Source: Candidatus Levyibacteriota bacterium (GTDB lineage Bacteria > Patescibacteriota > Microgenomatia > Levybacterales > UBA12049). Taken from it: a stretch of DNA of 64,000 bases. The notes under the pieces were generated by a model that searched no databases, was not told the origin of the DNA, and worked only from the letters and a program-made list of their open reading frames with translations. Location: the NCBI GenBank assembly GCA_963790825.1, contig CAWBPM010000002.1:618815-682814 (forward strand). The letters are read 5' to 3'. The translations under genes were made by a program, and so were the position numbers. The number at the start of each line of letters is the position of its first letter. Position 1 is the stretch's first letter. Shown here in pieces: positions 28,631-37,405 of this stretch.

Positions 28631-30034
28631 ATGAAAATAAGAATAGAGAAAAAAGCTGTAGGAAGAAAGAGAAAGATAAATAGAAAAGATTCCCGGGGTG
28701 GCATAGGCATCGGCTATCCGCTTTTAATCCTTATCGGAATAACGATTCTTGCTTTTTTCTTAAGCGGTCTAAATTATAAGCCGCCTGTCTTAAATTCGCC
28801 GAGTAACGCCGCTCCTGACAGTTATACTTGCTGCGACACCGGGGACGGAGCAAATTGCCAGCCAATAACTACCAATACTATTTCATTTCACTCGCCATCT
28901 TATCAAGAAGGAACACCTCAATTCGGAACCACTTATGAATACCAGCTACTGAAAAGTAATGTCGCAATTCTTGAGCCAAGCCATTTACAGGATTCGGGAC
29001 AGATCGCCCCAGACGGTAATCATATTTTTTACAGCGATTCACAACTTACAGGTTATAACGGGAAACAATTCGGGACACCATCTGATCCTTCAAGCTGTAA
29101 TACTAAGACTCACACCCAAGATGTTGTAGGCGTCTGGGATCGAGTAAATAATGGATTGAGTTGGTGTGTAGGTTTTCCTGATGATGAAATTGTCTATGTC
29201 TGCCGTACTACCCCATTAAGTGATTGTTTAAAACCCGAAGGCACCGGCGTTTTTGACGCCTACTTCCGCGTAGCAGACGGTGCCGTTCCTACTGTTATTA
29301 GTAGTTGCGTGAAACCTACCGGTACATATAATTTAACAGCCAGTCCGCAAACAATTAGCTATCAAAATTACCCGAGCCCGGGAAAAAAGAATCTGCAGCT
29401 TGAGACCTTTACCGCATCGTTATCAGCTCCACAACAGCCGTGGATGTCTCCTTTCTGTAAACCGGCGGTTTATTTGTATCCTCCGGAAAAAACAGCCGTG
29501 AATGTGCAAATCGCACCACTTGGAAAACTTATACTCACCATTCCTACCTATCCTGATTCCGGTTGGAATGTTACTGCCTATCCTGACGGAAAAATCGTCG
29601 AGGGAAATTCTACTTATGACTATCTTTTTTACGAGGCTTCCATGCCCGATAGTCTCCTGAGTAATCCTATCAATGGTTACTCTGTCGCCTATGATAAATT
29701 GTCTGACTTTTTCCAAAATACCTTACCACAGTTAGGTCTCAATCAAAAAGAACAAGTACAATTTAGTGAGTATTGGCTGAAAGCCCTGCCCTACTCTCCC
29801 TATTATTTTGTCGGTGTAGAGCCGGAATCGCTCCTCAATGCCATTTCACCGTTAACGATAACGCCTAAGCCTGATACCACTATCCGTGTTGACCTATACT
29901 TCGAACCCTTTGATCATCCGGTTAGTTCGAACCCGCCGGCAAATTTACAAATCAAAAGATCCGGTTTCACCGTCGTTGAATGGGGAGGTTTATTTAAGAA
30001 AGATGTTCAGCATCCCTTCACCTGCTTAATGTAG
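28631..30034 (+). CDS. membrane-anchored Cys-rich protein with C-terminal KPxxYLYP...EWGG domain
   Basis: Basic N-terminus plus TM helix; KPAVYLYPPEKT, YDYLFYEA, FSEYW, RSGFTVVEWGG. Confidence 0.8.
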   Translation: MKIRIEKKAVGRKRKINRKDSRGGIGIGYPLLILIGITILAFFLSGLNYKPPVLNSPSNAAPDSYTCCDTGDGANCQPITTNTISFHSPSYQEGTPQFGTTYEYQLLKSNVAILEPSHLQDSGQIAPDGNHIFYSDSQLTGYNGKQFGTPSDPSSCNTKTHTQDVVGVWDRVNNGLSWCVGFPDDEIVYVCRTTPLSDCLKPEGTGVFDAYFRVADGAVPTVISSCVKPTGTYNLTASPQTISYQNYPSPGKKNLQLETFTASLSAPQQPWMSPFCKPAVYLYPPEKTAVNVQIAPLGKLILTIPTYPDSGWNVTAYPDGKIVEGNSTYDYLFYEASMPDSLLSNPINGYSVAYDKLSDFFQNTLPQLGLNQKEQVQFSEYWLKALPYSPYYFVGVEPESLLNAISPLTITPKPDTTIRVDLYFEPFDHPVSSNPPANLQIKRSGFTVVEWGGLFKKDVQHPFTCLM

Positions 30035-30059
30035 TAATATAAATAAATTCTTCTATTGA

Positions 30060-30260
30060 GTTTCCTTTGTATTTTTTCGCAGTCATTCCCGCTCCAATCA
30101 AACATTCTTCCAGGCTTAATTCGCATTCCAAACGACGATTATTTTATAACATCAACGAAATTTAACGTCTTTCATAATAACTTTCAGATCTTTACTTGTG
30201 ATTTTGAATTTTAAATTTTAAATTTATTCGATAGGTCTCAAGAAAAAATGCAGAGGAAAC
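30060..30260 (+). repeat. long hairpin element copy B (GCA/AA family) with a different interior
   Basis: Arms GTTTCCTTTGTATTTTTTC and GAAAAAATGCAGAGGAAAC, flanks near-identical to copy A. Confidence 0.8.
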
Positions 30261-30303
30261 GAAAATAATTAGGTTAATTTTTAATTTTGAATTTTAAATT
30301 CTC

Positions 30304-31632
30304 TTACGGTAGCGGAAATCCTGCAGTAAATGCCTTCACTTCTTTCGCAATTTTTGTTAAATTTTTATTATTGGCGATTTTTTTCCGATATTCCTTCATA
30401 AGTAGACTTCTTTTCTGTTTATCGTCTTTTGGCAGTATCATTCCTTCTACCTCCGCAATTACCAGGTCGTACCATTTGGCGATTTTTTTCATGTCTTTTT
30501 CTTTCATTCCCCTAGTCGTAATTGCCGGAGTCCCGAGTCTGATTCCCGAAGCAAAAAGCGGCGGCATATTGTCTCCCGGTACCCCGTTATAATTAAGGAC
30601 AATCCCCGCTTTTTCGAGTGCTATTGCCCCGACTCTGCCGTTTACTTTTTTATTTCGAAGATCAATGAGAATAAGATGATTATCTGTTCCGCTGCTAACC
30701 AAATCAAATTTTAGCGCTGTTAATTCTAAAGCGAGTGCTTTCGCGTTTTTCACAATCTGCTTATTATATTTTCTAAAACTCGCTGAGTCCGCTTCTTTCA
30801 AAGCAACTGCGATTGCTGCTGTTTGATTATCATGTGGTCCACCCTGAAGTCCGGGAATAATCGCTGTTTCCAATTTAGCCGGTAAATCGGGCATCTTCCG
30901 AAGTCCTTTTTCAGTCACCATAATTATTGCACCCCTCGGCCCCCGAAGCGTTTTATGTGTCGTCGTCGTAATGATGTCGACAAATGGCACAGGACTGGGA
31001 TGCACGCCTGCCAGAATCAAACCGGTGATATGTGAAATATCTGCCATCAGAAAACAGCCGGCTTTCTCGGCTATTTTTCCAAATTTCTCAAAATCAATAA
31101 CTCTCGGATACGCGGTAAATCCGCAGATGAGAAGTTTTGGTTTTTCTGCCAGAACCTGTTTTTCAATAAGATCATAATCTAATAGATTATCTTTTCCAAG
31201 CTTATAATGTACTGCTGTAAAAAACCTGCCGGACAAACCTAACTTATGTCCATGTGTTATATGTCCCCCGCTGGCTAAATCCAATCCCATCAACTTCTCT
31301 CCATTTTGCAAGAGTGCAAAATAGACTGCAGAATTTGCCGGTGATCCGGAAAGCGGCTGGACATTGACATACGGTACGCCAAATAGTTTCTTTGCCCGTT
31401 CTTGCGTTAGAAGTTCGACGCTGTCAATAACTGCATTTCCCTGGTAGTAACGTTTATTGGGAAAACCTTCAGAATATTTATTAGTCAAAACCGAACCGAG
31501 TGCTTCCATGACAGCTTGTGAAGTGTAATTTTCCGAGGGAATCATTTCTAAGACTTCTTTTTGCCGTTTTTCTTCTTGCCGGATAAGGATGTAAATCGCG
31601 GGATCAGTCTTCTTTAAACGCTTCATTATCAC
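30304..31632 (-). CDS. glyA: serine hydroxymethyltransferase
   Basis: MIPSENY, NKYSEG, GGHITHG, TTTTHKTLRGPRG, GLQGGP, SGIRLGTPA. Confidence 0.97.
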   Translation of the reverse strand: MIMKRLKKTDPAIYILIRQEEKRQKEVLEMIPSENYTSQAVMEALGSVLTNKYSEGFPNKRYYQGNAVIDSVELLTQERAKKLFGVPYVNVQPLSGSPANSAVYFALLQNGEKLMGLDLASGGHITHGHKLGLSGRFFTAVHYKLGKDNLLDYDLIEKQVLAEKPKLLICGFTAYPRVIDFEKFGKIAEKAGCFLMADISHITGLILAGVHPSPVPFVDIITTTTHKTLRGPRGAIIMVTEKGLRKMPDLPAKLETAIIPGLQGGPHDNQTAAIAVALKEADSASFRKYNKQIVKNAKALALELTALKFDLVSSGTDNHLILIDLRNKKVNGRVGAIALEKAGIVLNYNGVPGDNMPPLFASGIRLGTPAITTRGMKEKDMKKIAKWYDLVIAEVEGMILPKDDKQKRSLLMKEYRKKIANNKNLTKIAKEVKAFTAGFPLP

Positions 31633-31676
31633 ATGAGCAGTATATAAATTATCATCTAAACTCGCAAGTGGGAAAT

Positions 31677-32015
31677 TTAATCATCTATCAGTTCGATTCG
31701 CGGTCCACACTCAGATTCAAAATAAGAATCCCCATCATCGTATGAAAGCATAACAGTGTAGATATCTCTGCTTCTTTGAACTAATTTTTGACGTATTTCG
31801 GGATCTTCAACTGGTTTGTATCCGCCGGTCAAAATTAAAAACAGTTCGCTGCGTTCATATTCGCCAGGATTAAGACGCATTTTATTCCGTTCTGGAATCT
31901 GGAAACATTGATAATCCGGCTGCCACCATCTGCGAAGTGTTCGCAAAATTCTTCTCGCTTCCGGATCTTGTGTTTTGGGTATTTGCCCATGTGTTACTTC
32001 TCGTTCGTGAGGCAT
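31677..32015 (-). CDS. hypothetical protein
   Basis: 112-aa ORF in a run of three same-strand orphans. Confidence 0.55.
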   Translation of the reverse strand: MPHEREVTHGQIPKTQDPEARRILRTLRRWWQPDYQCFQIPERNKMRLNPGEYERSELFLILTGGYKPVEDPEIRQKLVQRSRDIYTVMLSYDDGDSYFESECGPRIELIDD

Positions 32016-32022
32016 GGTAGAA

Positions 32023-32415
32023 TTATTTTCCTACAGGCGCGGGGAATATTGCTACGACTGGAAGATGAAGCAACTCCGGATCTCTTTCTGCTACAATTCC
32101 TGCTACTTGCCTTGCACGTTCCAATGTCCCCCGTCTGGTTGATTCAACTTCTAAAGGTTTAATAGTACCCAAATTTTTACTGAAAGGAGAACGTGATACT
32201 GGGTCTCCGATGTACCGCGTTACAGAATATTCACGTTCTCCGTCATATGTTGCATCAACTTCGAAATGGCTTGAGTTTCTGAGTCTTTCAGCTTCTTCCG
32301 CAGATAATTGTCTCTCAACTTCGCCGGTTTTTAAACTAACTTTCTCCACAGAGCCGACATCTCTCCCCATTTTGTTATAATGACTGATGTAATATTCTGT
32401 ATCTTTACGTACCAT
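32023..32415 (-). CDS. hypothetical protein
   Basis: 130-aa ORF. Confidence 0.6.
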   Translation of the reverse strand: MVRKDTEYYISHYNKMGRDVGSVEKVSLKTGEVERQLSAEEAERLRNSSHFEVDATYDGEREYSVTRYIGDPVSRSPFSKNLGTIKPLEVESTRRGTLERARQVAGIVAERDPELLHLPVVAIFPAPVGK

Positions 32416-32448
32416 ATATTTTTTCTCGAATTGTCTTATTGTCTTTGC

Positions 32449-33105
32449 TTAGAGTTTGCTGAATTTGACGCTGAGTTCTGCTGCCAAGCCTTTAGGTTCT
32501 TCATAAAAACTGCCAAGTTCCTTTACTACAGGAGGTGTATCTACCAAGGAGATTCCTGTTATATGGTTATTTTCAAAAGTCACGGCCGTACTTTCTACTA
32601 CTACATGTCTACCGGAAAAATTTTTAATGCGAACATAATTAGCTGAAAAAACTTCTGTCAGGTCAGGATTAACATTTACCTGCAGAGAAGAATCTTCACG
32701 TACGTTACCCACTTCGTGATATCCTTCATGAAATCTTGTTAACATATAATCACCGATTTCAACTCCATCATTATCCGACCAATAACTACCATCCTGATCT
32801 CCACCCGACCCGAACACAACTTTCCCTTCCCATTTTCCTCCTCTTTGTTCCTGCATTCTTTTCATTTCAGCGACTTCTTCTCGGCAGATTTCTAAAAGCA
32901 TAGCGCTCGCTTTACTGCTTCCTGAATCAACCTCCTGCTCACTGACACCTCGTTTTGCCAAATCTTTTACTCTACGCAGTACGCCCAATGTAGTATCTGG
33001 ATAATATTCTTTCTCAACTTTTTGAGGAGTTTCGCTGGGCTGTGGCTGAGGGGTCGGTAAAACTTCTTGTTGCTTTGGTTTTCTAAGTCTTTCTAATATT
33101 GACAT
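32449..33105 (-). CDS. hypothetical protein
   Basis: 218-aa ORF. Confidence 0.65.
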   Translation of the reverse strand: MSILERLRKPKQQEVLPTPQPQPSETPQKVEKEYYPDTTLGVLRRVKDLAKRGVSEQEVDSGSSKASAMLLEICREEVAEMKRMQEQRGGKWEGKVVFGSGGDQDGSYWSDNDGVEIGDYMLTRFHEGYHEVGNVREDSSLQVNVNPDLTEVFSANYVRIKNFSGRHVVVESTAVTFENNHITGISLVDTPPVVKELGSFYEEPKGLAAELSVKFSKL

Positions 33106-33350
33106 ATAAATCCAATAATAGTCGCGATTTTATTCGTAAGCTATTGTTTTGTCAAGCGGTAAAAAATCCTCATTCGCTTTTTTCTCTTCCAGTTGGAGTA
33201 TTCTCATTTGCGGCTGTTGTTTCATGAGCGTTTCAAGTGTAGTCATTTATGAGATCAACACAAGATCGAGTCGAGGACTGGATTTTACCAAGCTTGCCAA
33301 AATTTGGATTTTTAAGTAAATAAGCGTTTACGACTGATATAATAAGTACT

Positions 33351-34304
33351 ATGCGAGGTAATCTGAAAGCATTCGAAATAAAGGTAAATGGAAAGATCTT
33401 GGATTATCGTCTGGGAGAAAATTTAGATTTGGAAGCAGTTAAAGCATTCTTCGCAAAAAAATACACAGTAAAAAAATTGTGGTATGGAGGAAGACACGTC
33501 CTGGGTATTCTTGTTAAAGACGATAAAGAATTATTTTTAAAACTTGCTACCAGCGAAGGAATTGGTGAAATAACCAAGGTTGAATATAAATGGAACGAAG
33601 AGTTTAATAACCTTCTTCCGCGCCGGACGACAGATTTTTATGTTCCGCAAAATCAGGACAGCGGTATGTACAATGATAATTTATTTTTCCTAATCACCGA
33701 TATTTTGCAGGGAGAAATGCTTGCCAATAGACCTGAAAAAACAACTGCGTCCCGAGTGCTTCAAAAATATCTGCCCCGGGTAATTGATTTCTCAGAGGCA
33801 ATTCAAAATTTGAAGATAAATAAATTGTCCGGAAGAGAGGATTCTCCTTTTCATGACTTGTTCCTTACGAAAACTAAGTCTTGGTTTGAGTCTATCCCAC
33901 AAGAAATTACCGCCAGACATAATCTCGATAAATTGCTGGAGATTATAGAAGGCGGGACTCTGCTGCTTGAAAAACGACCCCGACACGGAGATTTTACCCC
34001 CTGGCATCTGATAAAACTCGACTCAGGAAAACTTGGTCTCATAGATGGAGAGCACGCACTTGCAAATGGCGTTGAATATTATGACATCGGTTATTTCAGC
34101 CAAAGAGTATTTTGCGTACTGGAAAATCCCGGTCTTGCACAAAGCATCCTGAACCTCTTACTACAAAGAAAATACGATATGGATAAAATAAGAATTATCC
34201 TCCTAGCCCGGGTAATTGGCGGATTCCTCGACGAATCCCTAAAAGACCGGCCAAACTATCTGCTGCATGATAGTTTTAAAAATTGGACAATCAATCTAAG
34301 ATAA
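33351..34304 (+). CDS. aminoglycoside phosphotransferase/choline kinase-like protein
   Basis: LFLK, HGDFTPWH, LGLIDGE, YYDIG. Confidence 0.85.
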   Translation: MRGNLKAFEIKVNGKILDYRLGENLDLEAVKAFFAKKYTVKKLWYGGRHVLGILVKDDKELFLKLATSEGIGEITKVEYKWNEEFNNLLPRRTTDFYVPQNQDSGMYNDNLFFLITDILQGEMLANRPEKTTASRVLQKYLPRVIDFSEAIQNLKINKLSGREDSPFHDLFLTKTKSWFESIPQEITARHNLDKLLEIIEGGTLLLEKRPRHGDFTPWHLIKLDSGKLGLIDGEHALANGVEYYDIGYFSQRVFCVLENPGLAQSILNLLLQRKYDMDKIRIILLARVIGGFLDESLKDRPNYLLHDSFKNWTINLR

Positions 34305-34346
34305 TCATTGATTTTACGCTCATTCTACCTATAATAGAATATACCT

Positions 34347-36104
34347 ATGGAACAGAAAATTCCCAAAAATCCAATTTCCTTTGGACTATTTATCACGAAG
34401 ACCTATAAAAAATGGGCAGTCTATTCGTTCTTTTTCGTCTTTCTGGCAACGACTCTTGGGCAGCTGAATGTCGTTGTACTGCAAAAACTGACCAATGCGC
34501 TTATCGCTCGCCCGCTTAATATAGATACTGTCTGGTTATGGGTACTTATTCTCCCGGTGAATTTTTTTATTGCTGAAAATCTTTGGCGGGCAAGCGGATT
34601 TAGTGGTCTGAGATGGATCATGAATACCCGTTCTGCTATCTACCAAACACTCTATGAATATGTAAGTTTGCATAGTAAGGATTACTTTAGTGACCGGTTT
34701 GCCGGTTCCCTCACTAATAAAATCTCCAATGCTGTCGATGGCATTGATTCGCTTTTCTCGCAATTTTTGTGGGAATTTTTTCCACTCATCCTGGGACTTA
34801 TCCTCTACATAATTATTGCTTGGATCAGCAGTAGTTTGCTTGGACTCATCCTACTCCTCTGGTCCATACTTTTTATTTTGGTCAACATGTGGTTTGCCGG
34901 AAAATTACAGCCTCGCTCGATACGAGCTGCAGATGCCTTGTCTACTTTAAAAGGCAGAGTTGTCGATTCCTTAAACAATATCTCACTTGTCCATGAGTAT
35001 GCCAACGTCTCAGGTGAGAGAGAGTACATCAGAAAATATGTTACTCACTCCCAGGATACCGGCAGTGCTGCCTGGCGAATGAGCGAATGGCTTCTTTTTA
35101 CCAACGGCATTCTGCTTTTTATTTTTATGTTTTTGATGCTTGATACATCAATGTACCTTTTTGAAAATAAATTGCTCACGGTTGGCGTCATTGTCATGAT
35201 AATTACCATGGTCGGAAATCTTGCGAATCAATTGCTTTTTCTCGGCCAGGGCATGCGAAATGCAGTAAAATATTACGGCCAAGTGGCAGAAGGTCTAGAG
35301 GAGATACTGAAGAAACATCTGATCGTCGACTCTCCCGATGCCTTAGATATCACATTGACCCGGGGCAATATCATTTTTACCTCAGTAGATTTTGAGTATG
35401 AAAGCTCCGGCGTCTTTAAAAACTTTTCACTCTCAATTCCTGCCGGGCAAAAAATCGGCTTAGTCGGTAAAAGCGGAGCCGGGAAAACCACATTCGTTTC
35501 CCTTCTTCTCAGACATTTCGATGTCAGGTCTGGTGAAATTACAATTGATGGACACAACATTCAGGCAATTACGCTTGAAAGTCTGCGCCGTGGGGTTGCC
35601 TTCGTCCCCCAGGACACCAGCCTTTTCCATAGAAGTATCCGCGAGAATATTAGCTACGGCAGTCCTGATGCGACCCCTGAACAAATAAAAAAAGCGGCAA
35701 TCCAAGCCCAGGCAGATGGATTTATTGAAAATCTTCCCGACAAATATGAATCCCTTGTCGGCGAACGCGGAGTAAAACTCTCAGGCGGTCAGCGTCAGCG
35801 TATCGCAATTGCCCGGGCATTTCTGAAAAATGCGCCGATTTTGGTTCTTGACGAAGCAACCAGCAGTCTCGATACTGAAAGCGAACAAGCCATCCAGGAA
35901 TCGCTCGAGACACTTATGCAGGGACGTACTGTCATTGCCATTGCCCATCGTCTCTCAACCCTTAAAAAAATGAACCGGATTGTTGTCATTGAATTAGGCA
36001 GAATTGTAGAAGACGGCGATCCGCAAAATTTGTTGCAAAAGCCGGATAGTGTCTTTAAGAAAATGTGGAACAACCAAGTCCGCGGCTTCCTCGTAGACGA
36101 GTAA
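34347..36104 (+). CDS. ABC exporter, fused permease/ATPase
   Basis: Six TM helices, GKSGAGKT, LSGGQRQR, VLDEATSSLD, IAHRLST. Confidence 0.96.
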   Translation: MEQKIPKNPISFGLFITKTYKKWAVYSFFFVFLATTLGQLNVVVLQKLTNALIARPLNIDTVWLWVLILPVNFFIAENLWRASGFSGLRWIMNTRSAIYQTLYEYVSLHSKDYFSDRFAGSLTNKISNAVDGIDSLFSQFLWEFFPLILGLILYIIIAWISSSLLGLILLLWSILFILVNMWFAGKLQPRSIRAADALSTLKGRVVDSLNNISLVHEYANVSGEREYIRKYVTHSQDTGSAAWRMSEWLLFTNGILLFIFMFLMLDTSMYLFENKLLTVGVIVMIITMVGNLANQLLFLGQGMRNAVKYYGQVAEGLEEILKKHLIVDSPDALDITLTRGNIIFTSVDFEYESSGVFKNFSLSIPAGQKIGLVGKSGAGKTTFVSLLLRHFDVRSGEITIDGHNIQAITLESLRRGVAFVPQDTSLFHRSIRENISYGSPDATPEQIKKAAIQAQADGFIENLPDKYESLVGERGVKLSGGQRQRIAIARAFLKNAPILVLDEATSSLDTESEQAIQESLETLMQGRTVIAIAHRLSTLKKMNRIVVIELGRIVEDGDPQNLLQKPDSVFKKMWNNQVRGFLVDE

Positions 36105-36124
36105 TCTTTATTATAAAATCTAAC

Positions 36125-37219
36125 CTACTTAGATAAAATCTGCTCGGAGAGTTTTAATATTTTAATTAACCTCTTAACATCCGAGATCTGGTGTGCCGGA
36201 AAATTGGCGATCCGGATATGCTCATCTTTATACTTTCCGTATCCTGAGCCGACAATCATTCCATGCTTTGCCAATAATTTCAGCACTTCTTTACTCTTCC
36301 CTTTCACATCAATAACAATCGTCGTTTTCGATCTGAACCTTTTATCTTTCACCAGAGGCGTAAATTCTTTCTGCCGGTCAAAAAAATCATAAATTAATGC
36401 CGCTTTTTCTTCTGTTTCTTGACGAATTTTATCAATTCCGTATGCTTGCATATCCGCTATTACTTTTCCCAAAAGATAAATAGCAAAAACATTGGGAGTC
36501 TCGGGTGTTTGGAATAGATTTTCTTCTTGCAAAAGATTTAAGAAACTATGATAGCTGCCGATACTTTTCCCCTTACTTACAATATTTTTTGCTTTCTCAA
36601 TTGCCCGGTCATTAACTACCAGAACCGCCAGTCCTGCCGGCAAACCAAATCCTTTCTGGACTGAGAAAAATCCGACGTCAATTTGGGAAAAATCCATTTC
36701 CTGCGCCGGAACTGACGAAACCATATCCACCGCAATGAGTCCGTCCGGATGCCGTTCGCGCAAGCAATAAATTTCGTTATTGGAAATTGCCACGCCGCTT
36801 GAGGTTTCATTATGAGTAACCGCAATCAGTTCCGAAGTTTTAGGAATTTTTAATTCTGCAATTTCACAACCGTATCCATGAACAGCTTCTACTTTTACCG
36901 CATTTTTTTTATAGTCCACTGCTGTTTGATAAAACTTGCTGCCGAAAATTCCGTGCACAATATGGAAACTGGTTTTATCAACACAATTTTGAATTACCCG
37001 CTCCATATTTTCCTGAGAAGAACCGGTAAAGAAAATATGATAAGTCTTAGGAATATCCAGAAGTTTCCTTAGATTTTCAGCTGTGGTACGGTAAATGTCG
37101 CGAAACTTTTCGCTCCGGTGAGAAAGCGACGGAATATCTTCTTTTAACCCTTCCAGAATATGTTTCTCAACTGTCGGATAAAGTTGAGACGGCCCAACGG
37201 TGAAATAAATATTTTTCAT
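36125..37219 (-). CDS. serC: phosphoserine aminotransferase (class V)
   Basis: FTVGPS, SHRS, THNETSSGV, VDMVSS, FSVQKGFGLPAGL, TPETPN; adjacent to serA. Confidence 0.85.
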   Translation of the reverse strand: MKNIYFTVGPSQLYPTVEKHILEGLKEDIPSLSHRSEKFRDIYRTTAENLRKLLDIPKTYHIFFTGSSQENMERVIQNCVDKTSFHIVHGIFGSKFYQTAVDYKKNAVKVEAVHGYGCEIAELKIPKTSELIAVTHNETSSGVAISNNEIYCLRERHPDGLIAVDMVSSVPAQEMDFSQIDVGFFSVQKGFGLPAGLAVLVVNDRAIEKAKNIVSKGKSIGSYHSFLNLLQEENLFQTPETPNVFAIYLLGKVIADMQAYGIDKIRQETEEKAALIYDFFDRQKEFTPLVKDKRFRSKTTIVIDVKGKSKEVLKLLAKHGMIVGSGYGKYKDEHIRIANFPAHQISDVKRLIKILKLSEQILSK

Positions 37220-37405
37220 AAATATGTTGGTCCTGCTATTATATTAAATTTTTGCCCAACGGTAAATCACGTTGTAGTTACATCAGCACATGATTTTCCT
37301 TTACGTTTTAACAATTTAAGAATTCAACTATCCGCATAATACTTAATACCAATTTCAATTCGCAATTTGATAACTAGCAATTTTCAATTTACTAGTCCCT
37401 ATACC

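Noticed and set aside
33351-36104. Antibiotic-resistance cassette (APH + ABC exporter)
   Set aside because: Only fold-level kinase motifs; no specific resistance-gene similarity or mobile context can be supported.
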